Below are positions 50,130 to 61,429 of a stretch of 64,000 bases of DNA, one piece after another. The stretch's first letter is position 1. Each line of letters begins with the position of its first letter. Source of the stretch: Thermodesulfobacteriota bacterium (GTDB lineage Bacteria; Desulfobacterota_D; UBA1144; Nemesobacterales; JAJCZQ01); contig OZ244044.1 of assembly GCA_965215275.1 (NCBI GenBank), positions 288,001 to 352,000 of the forward strand, written 5' to 3'. Both the position numbers and the translations under genes were made by a program. The notes under the pieces were generated by a model. That model did not search any database. It had not been told where the DNA came from and saw nothing but the letters and a program-made list of their open reading frames with translations.

Positions 50130-53100
50130 CTTCACTGGACCGCCTTCTTGAATCTTACCGAACCGACTCTATCAGCGAGCGAGATAAGGGCACTGCATTT
50201 GAGAAACTAATCGCCACATGGTTGGTGACCGACCCCGTGCAGTCAAAGCGATTTGCTCGTGTCGAACTCTGGTCTGACTGGGCACGCCGCAAGGATATTG
50301 ACAGGACAGACACCGGGATTGATCTCGTCGGCTCCTTGCATGATGGCAAGTTTGCCGCGATCCAATGCAAGTTCTTCGATATCAACCGGAGCATCCGCAA
50401 GGAGGATATAGATACCTTCATCTCTGCCTCGGCAAAGTCAGCATTCGCCGAACGTCTGATCGTCGAGACCACCGACAGACCGTGGACTCTAAATGCCAAG
50501 ACGATGCTGTACGGCCAGAGGGTCCCAACGGCAGTCGTCGGTCTTCGCGACCTCCGCAACAGCCAAGTGGACTGGTCCACGTTCGCAGCAACGGGCAAAA
50601 TCGCACGTCCCAAACCGAAGACCTTACGGCAGGACCAAGTCGAGGCACTGGAGGCAGTGAAGAAAGGGCTGGCCGATGCCGACCGTGGCAAGCTTATCAT
50701 GGCCTGTGGGACCGGAAAAACCCTGACTGGGCTACGCATCGCCGAGGAACTCTCGGGTTCTGGCAGGCATGTTCTGTTACTGGTGCCGTCCCTTGCCTTG
50801 ATGTCCCAGACCGTGTACGAATGGTGTGCTAATACGGTCTTGTCACTCTCCACCTTTGCAGTGTGCTCGGACACTCAAGTGGGCAGAAGGCGCCGAAGTC
50901 GACATGATGTTGCAGAGCTTGAAGTTACCGACCTCGCCTTTCCACCCACGACGGACGCGGTTTTGCTGGCACGAGAGGTCGCTGCATCGGACGCCGACTC
51001 AATGCGCGTCGTTTTTGCAACCTATCAGTCAATCTCGGTAATCGCAGCCGCACAGGCAAATCATGGACTTCCTGAATTTGACCTGATTATCTGCGATGAA
51101 GCTCACCGCACCACAGGTGTAACTTTCCCGGGTGAGAACCAGTCTAATTTCGTAAAGGTGCACGACAACGAAACGATCCGAGGCTGCAAGCGGCTCTACA
51201 TGACGGCAACACCACGGATCTACGGTGAGAATGCAAGGACGAAGGCACGCGACACGCAGGCCGTTCTTGCCTCAATGGATGATCCTGACCTCTACGGTGA
51301 AATTCTATTTTATCACGGGTTCGCGCGGGCGGTTGAGAGCGATATCCTGACAGATTACCGCGTAATAGTTTTAATCATGGACGAGGGGCAGGTGAGCACT
51401 GCGGTGCAGAATCGCCTTGCCGACGAGAACACTGAACTTGTACTTGACGACGCCACGAAAATCATCGGTTGCTGGAGAGCCTTGTCCAAGAGTGGTCTTA
51501 TGGGAACGACCGTGGACGGTCTTGAACCGATGCGTCGCGCTCTTGCTTTCTGCCGGGACATCAAAAGTTCGAAACTTGTTCAAAACGAGTTCGAGCAGGT
51601 TGTCGCTGAATTTAAGTCTAAAACTGGTAAAAATGAGCGAAAAGGTGTCCTCTGTAAAGTCCGGCATGTAGATGGCACCTATAACGCCCGGGATCGGGGC
51701 CGGTTGCTCGACTGGCTAAAGGAAGACACGGGTAAAAATGTCTGCCGGATCCTGAGCAATGCACGATGCCTGACCGAAGGTGTTGACGTGCCAGATCTCG
51801 ACGCGATTCTATTTCTGCATCCACGCAACAGTCAAATAGATGTTGTGCAGGCCGTGGGTCGGGTGATGCGCAAAGCACCCGGCAAGCGGATGGGCTACGT
51901 CATTTTGCCGGTCGGCGTACCGCCAGGTGTTTCCACAGATGTGGCTCTCGCCGACAACAACAAATACCGAGTTGTCTGGCAGATCCTGAATGCACTACGA
52001 GCCCATGACGACCGTCTTGACGCAGTCATCAATCAGGGTGGCCTTGGGCAAGATATCAGCAGCCGTATTGCTATCATTGATGGCAGATCGCCGATTGCCA
52101 GCACTGAACTCCAAGCGGTCACGGCAAAAATTGAAGACCTGCCCAGCCGTCCCGGAACACGCGGATTAGAGATCGGTCGAGGAGATTTGAACAACTACGA
52201 AAACAGGAGCGAACAACAAGAACCATTGCAGTTGGTAATCAATGAGTTTTCCCGGGCAGTGATGGCGAAGATCGTCGAGAAGTGTGGCACGCGCGACTAC
52301 TGGGAAGACTGGGCAAAGGACGTCGCCGAAATTGCAAGACGGCATGTCACCAGAATCGCCGGACTTGTACAGGAAAAGGACAGCAACGCTTCGTCGGTTT
52401 TCCAGAAATTTTTTTTGGAACTCCGCGACGACCTCAACGAGTCTGTCACGGAACACGATGCCATTGAGATGCTGGCACAGCATCTGATTACTTGTCCCGT
52501 ATTTGATGCACTATTCGAAGGTCATACCTTCATCAACAGAAACCCTGTCTCGGTTGCCATGACAAAGGTCCTGTCGGTGATCGACGAAGCACAAGTCGAG
52601 CGCGAGGCCAGAACCCTCGAAGGATTCTACACCTCCGTGCGAAAGCGGGCGAAGGGAATTACCGATCCGCTGGCACGGCAGAACCTAATCGTCGAGCTCT
52701 ATGACAAGTTCTTCCGGGGCGCGTTTCCGCGTACCACGAAAATGCTCGGCATCGTCTACACGCCGGTTGAGATCGTTGACTTCATCATCCGGTCGGTAAA
52801 TGAAGCATTGCAGGATGAGTTTAACCAGACACTCGGTTCGGAAGGTGTCCATATTCTAGATCCATTTGCCGGTACCGGCACCTTCATCACCTGTTTGTTG
52901 CAATCGGGACTTATTGAGCCCGAAGACCTGGAGCGGAAATACCGCAAAGAAATCCATGCCAACGAGATCGTTTTGCTCGCCTACTATATCGCCGCCGTCA
53001 ATATCGAATCCGTCTTCCATTCGGTTTCCAGACGGGACGACTATCTTCCCTACACCGGTATCTGCCTTACCGATACCTTCGCCCTGCACGAGAGCGACGA

Positions 53101-55031
53101 CGAATTGTCGTACTATATGGAAGACAATACCGGTCGTCGTAAACGACAAAAGAAAACCGAAATTCGGGTCATTGTCGGCAACCCGCCCTATTCGGTCGGT
53201 CAAAGAAGCGAGAACGACAACGCAAAGAATGTGTCTTATACAAGGCTGGATGAGCGAATCCGGACCACATATGCAAACCGGTCGAACGCCAAGACAGTTC
53301 GGAATCTGTACGACAGCTACATCCGTGCAATCCGTTGGGGCAGTGACCGCCTCGGGAAGGCCGGTGTAATGGCATACATTACCAACAGTGCATGGGTCGA
53401 GCGTTCCTTCTCCGACGGATTGCGTAAGTGCCTAGCCGAGGAGTTTGCCAGCGTTCATATATTCCATCTTCGCGGCGACATCCGTAAGAACATGCTGTCC
53501 GGCACTACAGGGGAGGGTGAGAATATCTTCGGACAGGCGAGCATGACAGGAGTTGCAATCACAATCTTCGTCAAGAATCCCGATGCCACAGAGCAAGGTT
53601 GCATTCTGTTCCACGATATCGGGGATAAACTAGACCGGAAACAGAAACTTGATCGGATTAGGTGTTTCGGAAGCACCTGCGGAATCAAGGACACCGGCGG
53701 ATGGAAACAAATCATTCCAGATGAGCATGGCGACTGGATGGACCAACGCGATCAGCACTTCAAGGCGTATCCTGTGGTCGGAGACAAGAATAATAGGAAA
53801 AGAACCGTTTTATTTGATAATTATTCCTTGGGCGTAGTTACCGGCCGGGATCCGTGGTGCATTAATCCATCCCGGAACGCACTGGTCAAGAACATTGAAT
53901 CGACAACCTCTTTTTATAACAGTATATTGGAATGCTGGCAGGCAACGAAGCAACGCGCAACGATCGGGTCTGCAGAAGGCAAGCTCCCTGCAATAGACGA
54001 ATTCGTAACGATTGATACCAGCAGAATCAGTTGGACTCACTCTCTCAAGCAAGACCTCCGAAAAGGGAAAAAACTTCAACAGACCGATGGCATATTTGTC
54101 CCTTGTCTGTATAAGCCTTTCACAAAGCAATGGCAGTTTTTCAGCCGCCGTCTCAATGAGAGGGTCTATCAGATGCCTCGTATCTTCCCGAATGACAAGC
54201 TACCCAACCGTGTAATTGCAGTGACGGGAAAGGGAGGACGGTCCGGATTTTCTGCACTGATGATGGATGTGCTACCCAATATAGACACAATCGACAAGGG
54301 TCAGTGTTTCCCTTTCTGGCTTTATGAAGAGGGCAAGGAAATGCGGACCAATCTCTTCGGAGAGCAAATTTCCAAATTTCGGAGGATTGATGCCATTACC
54401 GATTGGGGTCTTCAAATTTTTCGCTCAGCGTACCCGTCGGAGACCATCAGTCAGGAAGACATATTTAACTATGTTTACGGGATTCTGCATTCAGAAGATT
54501 ACCGAAGTCGCTTCCGTGCCAACCTCGTCAAGGAACTACCTCGAATTCCTTTAGTGAAGCCAGTTGAGGATTATCGCACCTTCCGCGATGCCGGGAAACA
54601 CCTTGGCGAACTGCATGTTGGTTACGAGTGTGTCGACCCCTATCCGGCGGTCATCGACATGGACGGCAAGTTGCTTACGGGATCTCACCCCCCCCCCCGA
54701 AGATATCTACAGGGTCACAAAGATGAAGCACCTAGAGTTGGGCAAGAACAAGGACCGATCAACAGTGATCTACAACAACCACATCATCATTAGAGACATA
54801 CCCGAGGCAGCGTGGGAATATGTGGTTAACGGAAAATCGGCGCTCACTTGGGTCATTCAGCGCCAGAGCGTCAAGACCCACAAGGAGAGCGGGATTGTCA
54901 GCGACTCCAATTGCTACGCGACCGAGACGGTGGGCAATCCAAGATATCCACTTGACCTATTTTTGCGAATCATTACCGTCAGTCTTGAGACAGTGAAGGT
55001 CGTACGCACCCTTCCCGAATTGGCAATCTAA
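50126..55031 (+). CDS. Type ISP restriction-modification enzyme (Mrr-like nuclease, SF2 helicase, m6A methyltransferase, TRD), frameshifted at C11
   Basis: DTGIDLV..AIQCK; MACGTGKT, DEAH; LDPFAGTGTF, GNPPY; the C-terminus continues in ORF 54564-55031 after C11 at 54688-54698. Confidence 0.92.
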
Positions 55032-55199
55032 TAATTCGGGTTAACTACCAACAATAACTGGTACTGGGGTAAAATCGTGGTTGTCGAGATTCCTGATTTA
55101 CAACCGAAATATCAACGTGAACCAATCTTCGGTGCACAGTGAATATGGTTTGCTCACTACACCGTTTATCCAGCGGGTTTGTTGAGAGTTACGGTGACT

Positions 55200-55290
55200 T
55201 CACAAAGAAGCCATTAAGGATTGTGACAAAGACTAGAGATTAACCCGCAACATACAGAAATTATTACAGCAGAGGATTTGCCAAAACAGT
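55200..55290 (+). pseudogene. TPR gene 3' remnant
   Basis: GAAGCCATTAAGGATTGTGACAAAG...AACCCGCAA matches the TPR repeat DNA. Confidence 0.7.
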
Positions 55291-55409
55291 TAATTTAACA
55301 AACAGGACTTTTTCATTATCAGTAAAGAAAATATGATAAAATTTTGCACTATTAAAGAATGAACTACTTAAATTACCTGAAAAAACTGAAAATCAGAGGC
55401 GGATAAATT

Positions 55410-55640
55410 ATGACAGACCAGACAAAGTTAATATTCTAAATCGGACTATATTCTGTCATGATAACCTTGAAGTATTACAAGGTATAAATTACAACTGCAT
55501 TGATTTTATTTACCTTGACCACCTTTTAATAAAAAAAGTATTTACTGCTCCAATAGGTAGTAGTGTGGAGGGAGCAAGTTTTAAAGACATATTTACAGAA
55601 GAAAATATTAAGGATAAATAGGTTAAGATAATTAAGGGAA
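55410..55640 (+). pseudogene. DNA methyltransferase 5' remnant
   Basis: LNRTIFCHDNLEVLQGIN..CIDFIYLD(H)PFNK, then frameshifted FTAPIGSSVEGASFKDIF; decayed DPPF motif. Confidence 0.7.
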
Positions 55641-55833
55641 ATATTGATGCATATGATTATAAAAACCCAGTCCAGATAGGACTTATGTAAACAAAATCCT
55701 GTTTGTTAAGTTATCCCTATAATCCTCTTAATTTTTTTGTATTAGAAGCACTGTATAACCTTGGAACAGAAGTAACGAATTTTTTGGCTAGTGCAGTTTA
55801 TATTTGAATACAAGAAGGAAAACGGTAGAGAAG

Positions 55834-57441
55834 ATGAGCAATCAAGAACAAATAAAGAGCTTGAAAGAATATTTAGATGTAATCACAAAAATTAATGAAG
55901 CCAAGGGAGAACATCAATACATATACCGTGGACAGAAAAACAAAAACTGGAAGATAAATAGCAGTGCAATGCGGCGACTAAAAGATGAACAAACTGATGA
56001 ACAAACCGATTTATTATCATATATATTCACAGGATACATCCATCAGATTATTGATGAGATACAACTCCGTTACTCCAACACTTACAAAGGCTTGACTGCG
56101 TTGGAATGTATGGCGCACTTGCAGCATAATAGAGTAGCCACTGGATTGATAGATTTTACCTATAATCCTTTTGTAGCCCTATGGTTTGCGTGTGAGGTAT
56201 GTGAAACAGACGGTAAAGTATTTGTGATAGATACTAAAACAAGCCCAATAGAAAAAATCAAAAACAGAAAAGATTTAAGTCAGGAATTGCAATATTTTTT
56301 TAACAAAGACAATCTTTGGCATCTTTGGCAACCTTTTATAGGTAATTCTAATATTGATACTCAACGTATTACCGTTCAACAGTCTGTTTTTCTGTTTGGA
56401 GCTCCTGAAGTACCACAAAATTTTATCAAGAAAGAAATTTTAATTTCTGGACAATACAAAAATCACCTGATAAGGGAACTTAGAACAATGGGTATATCAG
56501 AACAAACGCTGTTTTCAGATTTAGCAGGTTTTTTTGAAAGAAACAATGTTGATTCTTTCTACGATAAAGAACTTGCTGGAGATTTTTATACCTCCCAGAA
56601 CAACTATTTTCAGAGTGGTATCTTTAAATACGCGTTAGGCAAATACGAGGAAGCAATTGAGGACTTTGACAAAGCCGTAAAAGGTTATGAAAAAACCGTA
56701 AATAACAATACACAACTGGTAGAAGCTTATAATAACAAGGGGTCTGCCAAAATCAGACTTAAGCAATATGAGGAAGCAATTAAGGACTTTAACAAAGCCA
56801 TAAATCTCGACCCACAATATGCAATGGCTTACTATAACAGGGGAATTGCCAAAACCGAACTTGAGCAATACGAGGAAGCGATTAAGAACTATGACAAAGC
56901 CATAAATCTCGACCCACAATATGCAATGGCTTACTATAACAGGGGAATTGCCAAAACCGAACTTGAGCAATACGAGGAAGCGATTAAGGACTATGACAAA
57001 GCCATAAATCTCGACCCACAATATGCAATGGCTTATAATAACAGAGGATTTGCCAAAGTAAAACGTGGGCTATACGAGGAAGCAATTAAGGACTTTAACA
57101 AAACTATAAAGATCAATGCACAATTGGCAGAACCTTATAATAACAGAGGGCTTGACAAAGCAAGACGTGGGCTATACGAGGAAGCAATTGAGGATTTTAA
57201 CAAAGCCATAAAGATTAACCCGAAATCGGTACATGATCACTATTACCGGTGGATTGCTCTATTATGCTTGAGCAAATGGGAAAATGCAAAAACAAATTTA
57301 ATCACTGCTAAAAACCAAGGGGTAGACATTGTTAAATTGTTACAAGAAGAACATAAAAACATCACTGAATTTGAAAAAAGATTTAATATTAAACTGCCGG
57401 CAGACATCAAGGCATTGCTAACCTATAAGAGTAAAGATTGA
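55834..57441 (+). CDS. FRG domain plus TPR repeat protein
   Basis: YIYRGQ, LQHN...TGLIDFTYNPFVALWFAC, RITVQQSVF; C-terminal near-identical 102-bp TPR units. Confidence 0.88.
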   Translation: MSNQEQIKSLKEYLDVITKINEAKGEHQYIYRGQKNKNWKINSSAMRRLKDEQTDEQTDLLSYIFTGYIHQIIDEIQLRYSNTYKGLTALECMAHLQHNRVATGLIDFTYNPFVALWFACEVCETDGKVFVIDTKTSPIEKIKNRKDLSQELQYFFNKDNLWHLWQPFIGNSNIDTQRITVQQSVFLFGAPEVPQNFIKKEILISGQYKNHLIRELRTMGISEQTLFSDLAGFFERNNVDSFYDKELAGDFYTSQNNYFQSGIFKYALGKYEEAIEDFDKAVKGYEKTVNNNTQLVEAYNNKGSAKIRLKQYEEAIKDFNKAINLDPQYAMAYYNRGIAKTELEQYEEAIKNYDKAINLDPQYAMAYYNRGIAKTELEQYEEAIKDYDKAINLDPQYAMAYNNRGFAKVKRGLYEEAIKDFNKTIKINAQLAEPYNNRGLDKARRGLYEEAIEDFNKAIKINPKSVHDHYYRWIALLCLSKWENAKTNLITAKNQGVDIVKLLQEEHKNITEFEKRFNIKLPADIKALLTYKSKD

Positions 57442-57594
57442 AGATCAAACATTATAAACCATCTGTAATTTTTACTGTGTAATATTCAACAAAGGATGTA
57501 ACTTTATGATAGTAAACATGGAAGTTTTATGCCTAATACAATATTGATCTGTAAAAGATGAATATCCCTCTGGATCATTTATACTCATCACTTC

Positions 57595-58485
57595 ATGAAA
57601 TTTGGCCTATGTTTACCTATCCGCAGAGACTGTTCACTGAAGTTCAACATTGATCTAGCTATCAGAGCAGAGGAACTGGGGTTTGACTCCGTGTGGGTCA
57701 GCGACCATATCATAATACCAAGCAACACGAAGAATATCTTCAGTTCTATATTTTATGACCCTTTTATACTGCTGACCGCTATTGGAGCAAAAACCAAGAA
57801 TATAAGGCTTGGCACCAGCGCGGTCGTTCTGCCTTACAGGAACCCAGTAGTTGTAGCAAAGATGCTGACCACTCTTGATACCTTGTCAGAAGGCAGACTG
57901 ATCTTCGGAGTGGTCCCGGGATGGCTAAAAGAGGAGTTCGATGCCCTTAATGCAAATTTTAAGGAAAGGGGAAAGATCACAGATGAATATCTGCAGGCAA
58001 TATCAGAACTTTTAAGCAGTGATGACCCTGTTTTCAGAGGAGAGTCAGTCAGTTTTTCAGATATAGAATTTTACCCTAAACCTTATAATAACCGAAAGAT
58101 CGAGACCTGGATTGGCGGTAGCAGTAAATCCGCCATGGAACGTTCGTTAAAATATGGTACTGGCTGGCAGCCGACATGGGTCAGCCCTGAAGATATTTCT
58201 GAACTTATAAACTATCTTACAACTGTCTCCGATGATATGAACGTGAATATGGAAAACTTCACCATATCAGTGAGAAACAGAGTTAAGTTCAACACGGAAG
58301 CAAATCCTCAAAACAACCCCATTTATATGTTTTCGGGAGATATGGACGCTATAAATCTGGAAATTCAATCTTTTAAAAAAGCAGGTATCAACCATATAGT
58401 TTTTGACCCTGAAACAACAAGTAATTTGGAGACAATGGAGATGGCAGAGCAGTTATCAGAGAAAGTTATAAAATTTTTTGACTAA
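57595..58485 (+). CDS. LLM-class (luciferase-like) oxidoreductase, possibly F420-dependent
   Basis: AEELGFDSVWVSDH, DPFILL, RLGT.AVVLPYRNP, WIGG. Confidence 0.88.
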   Translation: MKFGLCLPIRRDCSLKFNIDLAIRAEELGFDSVWVSDHIIIPSNTKNIFSSIFYDPFILLTAIGAKTKNIRLGTSAVVLPYRNPVVVAKMLTTLDTLSEGRLIFGVVPGWLKEEFDALNANFKERGKITDEYLQAISELLSSDDPVFRGESVSFSDIEFYPKPYNNRKIETWIGGSSKSAMERSLKYGTGWQPTWVSPEDISELINYLTTVSDDMNVNMENFTISVRNRVKFNTEANPQNNPIYMFSGDMDAINLEIQSFKKAGINHIVFDPETTSNLETMEMAEQLSEKVIKFFD

Positions 58486-58612
58486 AAGATTAATTGTATT
58501 AGCTTTGAATAAGTTAACCCATTTAATCCGTAAACATCTTTGTTTAGCTTAGCAAAATCTATAGATAAAAGGGTCAACTCCTAACTGTAAATTAGGAAAT
58601 ATAAGAAAAACC

Positions 58613-61336
58613 ATGAGCACGATAGACCTGAATATCAATCAGGAAAAGCAGGATATACTGGACATTAAAGACGACAACGTTCTGGTAACTGCCAATCCTG
58701 GGACGGGTAAAACCCTTCTGCTTGCCCACAAATACCTTTCTCTGATAAGGGACGGGACCGAACCGAAAGACATCCTGTGCCTGACGTTCACGGAAAAAGC
58801 AAAAAGCGAGATGGAAAAAAGGATCTTGGAACTGCAAAAGAAAAGCAGAGTTCAGATGGACGTATCTCAACTGAACGTAAGCACGTTCCACTCCTATGCA
58901 CTCAGTCAGCTTGAACAGAAGGATATAATATCTTCAAATCTGCTCAGGTCGGAGATCTACCTGTACATTAAGAAAAAGGACCTGTTTAACTACCAAGACA
59001 CTCACATTATAGGTACGATCGTTCCCAGAATAGATACTCTAATAAAGTACCTGAAGAGCTTTGGTGTATTGCCAGAGGACATAAATATCAAAGAAGCTGA
59101 AAAAGAACTTCTCAAAAACAAAGACCTTGATAAGACGTATTCCGACAGTGAGAAAGTGCTCCTTCTGAAAACTTTCATAGAGATCTATAAGGAATACGAA
59201 GATATCAAAAAACCAAAAGGATACGACTACGCCGATCTTCTGATAGAGTTCCTGAAATTAGAGAAGAAAAGAAAATTCGACTATGTGCTCATAGACGAAC
59301 TTCAAGACCTGAACAGAATAGAGGCAAAGATAGCACTGGGGTCCGCCGACAGGTTCGTGGCAGTGGGAGACAAGAAACAGGCGATCTTTGGATTTCAAGG
59401 TGGGTCCATCATTAATTTTGACCTTTTTAAAAGGTCCAGAAGATCCATCCTGTCAGAAAACTTCAGAAGCACGGACCAGATACTGTTCTATGCCAAGAAC
59501 TACTTTATCGCCAAGACCAAAAATACCGCTCATAAAGGTGAGTTAAAAGATCTTAAGAACGCAACGGGATATAACGGAAATATGCCTATTATCATTAAAA
59601 CCGAAAGGTCCGATCAGGTAAAACGCGCCGCAGACGTCCTTGAGAGTATTATCAACAGCCATGAAGAGACCAAGTGTTCTGACAAGACCACTGCGGTCAT
59701 AATGAGAACGAACGCTCAGATAACGAAAATGAGCACAGAACTGGAAAACAGGAACGTTAATTTCACAACCACTTTCTTCAGCGGTTCCGAGAACACAAAA
59801 GACGATATTTTAAACTTTATCAGAGGAGTGATGAGCGATGACGTGCAAATCATAAAGAGCACAATGTTCACTCCCTATTCTCCTGTCACGATCCAGCAGG
59901 CATTTAAACTTGCGGACAAAAAATACGGTTCGGCAGAAGATATCCTTAAGGACATTAAACCTTTTAAAAAACTGAGAAATAAGATAAAGGATAAATACGA
60001 CCTGTTAAAACTGTTCCGTGACAGGATTCTCCCGATCGCAGTTTCCCATGGTAAAGAGCACTACTATGCCGCAAAAAAGACCAGTGACGCTTTCTTTGAA
60101 GCTTTGGAACTGCTCGGAGATAAAGATCTGGACAACGTTATAAACTACGTCCGCTTATACGGTCTGTCCATGGAAGAGGCAGAGAAAAACGGTCCGGTGA
60201 CCCTTACTACGGTCCATAAGGCAAAGGGAAGGGAATTCAACAATGTTATCTACCTGCCAGCCCCTCCCGTAAATAAAAAGGGTATCTTTGATCCTATCGT
60301 TCAATCAATACTTGGGTCCAAAAAGATCAACGCTGAAGAGGAACTGCAAGAGGAGAGTTTCCGAATAGACTTTGTCGCTTTCACTCGTGCCAAAGATCAG
60401 CTTTTAGTTATCACTACGGACGAGAACAAATATTTCAATGAAGAATTTTCCCGACCTGATCCAGGAACCTACGAATCAAGGGACCCGGTACCTGAACCGG
60501 CAGCTTACAGGCTGGAGGCTTACAAGCTGTTCGTGAACAAAGAATACGAAGAGGCAAAAAAACTCCTGAAAGACAGGGACCACTGGCTTATAGATTTTAT
60601 AAAAGACCATTTCAGGAAACTGGACAGCGTATCTTTTTCTTCCATAGATAATACAAAACCTTTTGAATACCTGACCGGTAATATTTTAAAAATAAGAACA
60701 TATTCCCCAGCTCTGAACGTTGGCAGCGAAGTTCACTCTATGGCGGAAAAGAAACTAAAAGGCGAGGAACACGAAACCGATGATGTATATAAACCTTATG
60801 AAAAAAATATTGATAAGCTGTTAGCTTCCGAGTCAATAGCTGAATATCCTGAGGTTCACTGTGTGGAAGAGTTCTTTGAAGTGCCTCTGCCGGAAATATC
60901 GGACATTGAAGAAGATATAAAGTTCAGAGGGAAGATAGACGCAGTATTAAAAAAAGATGGCAAGTATCTTATGCTGGACTGGAAAACCGACAGGACACAA
61001 ACGCCAAAACACCGACAGCAACTTGAGATTTACAGAAAGGCATTCTGTCATCTTAACGACGTTACAAAAGACAATGTTCAGGTGGCAATAGCCTATATAG
61101 GGCTCAGACCCCAAGTGAACACCGGTGAAGTTCATTGGGAACTTGATACAAAAGAACCAGGACCGACAGCATTTGGAACGGTGAAAAAGAGATTAAAAAA
61201 AATAGTGGATTGGAAAAACAACCCTGATGACTTTATCCGCGAACTATCAGGCCAGAAGGGAATAAAAAGCAATGAGATACTCTGGAAAAACGTTGTTGAA
61301 CAGTACCTTTACGAATATCAGAAGGACCAGAAATAA
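58613..61336 (+). CDS. UvrD/Rep-like helicase with a C-terminal PD-(D/E)XK nuclease
   Basis: ANPGTGKT, IDELQD, VGDKKQAIF, TVHKAKGRE, VAFTRAK; GKIDAV..LDWKT..QLEIY. Confidence 0.9.
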   Translation: MSTIDLNINQEKQDILDIKDDNVLVTANPGTGKTLLLAHKYLSLIRDGTEPKDILCLTFTEKAKSEMEKRILELQKKSRVQMDVSQLNVSTFHSYALSQLEQKDIISSNLLRSEIYLYIKKKDLFNYQDTHIIGTIVPRIDTLIKYLKSFGVLPEDINIKEAEKELLKNKDLDKTYSDSEKVLLLKTFIEIYKEYEDIKKPKGYDYADLLIEFLKLEKKRKFDYVLIDELQDLNRIEAKIALGSADRFVAVGDKKQAIFGFQGGSIINFDLFKRSRRSILSENFRSTDQILFYAKNYFIAKTKNTAHKGELKDLKNATGYNGNMPIIIKTERSDQVKRAADVLESIINSHEETKCSDKTTAVIMRTNAQITKMSTELENRNVNFTTTFFSGSENTKDDILNFIRGVMSDDVQIIKSTMFTPYSPVTIQQAFKLADKKYGSAEDILKDIKPFKKLRNKIKDKYDLLKLFRDRILPIAVSHGKEHYYAAKKTSDAFFEALELLGDKDLDNVINYVRLYGLSMEEAEKNGPVTLTTVHKAKGREFNNVIYLPAPPVNKKGIFDPIVQSILGSKKINAEEELQEESFRIDFVAFTRAKDQLLVITTDENKYFNEEFSRPDPGTYESRDPVPEPAAYRLEAYKLFVNKEYEEAKKLLKDRDHWLIDFIKDHFRKLDSVSFSSIDNTKPFEYLTGNILKIRTYSPALNVGSEVHSMAEKKLKGEEHETDDVYKPYEKNIDKLLASESIAEYPEVHCVEEFFEVPLPEISDIEEDIKFRGKIDAVLKKDGKYLMLDWKTDRTQTPKHRQQLEIYRKAFCHLNDVTKDNVQVAIAYIGLRPQVNTGEVHWELDTKEPGPTAFGTVKKRLKKIVDWKNNPDDFIRELSGQKGIKSNEILWKNVVEQYLYEYQKDQK

Positions 61337-61429
61337 CCGGCAGAAGACCGTGCATGATCATTTGGCCAGTTCGACCTTCATACTATATAATGGTCCTGAA
61401 CACCGGTCTTTGCATTTTTGTAGCTTCCT

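Noticed and set aside
56740..57220. DGR template/variable repeats or CRISPR in the TPR genes
   Set aside because: 102-bp in-frame coding repeats with no spacers and no reverse transcriptase
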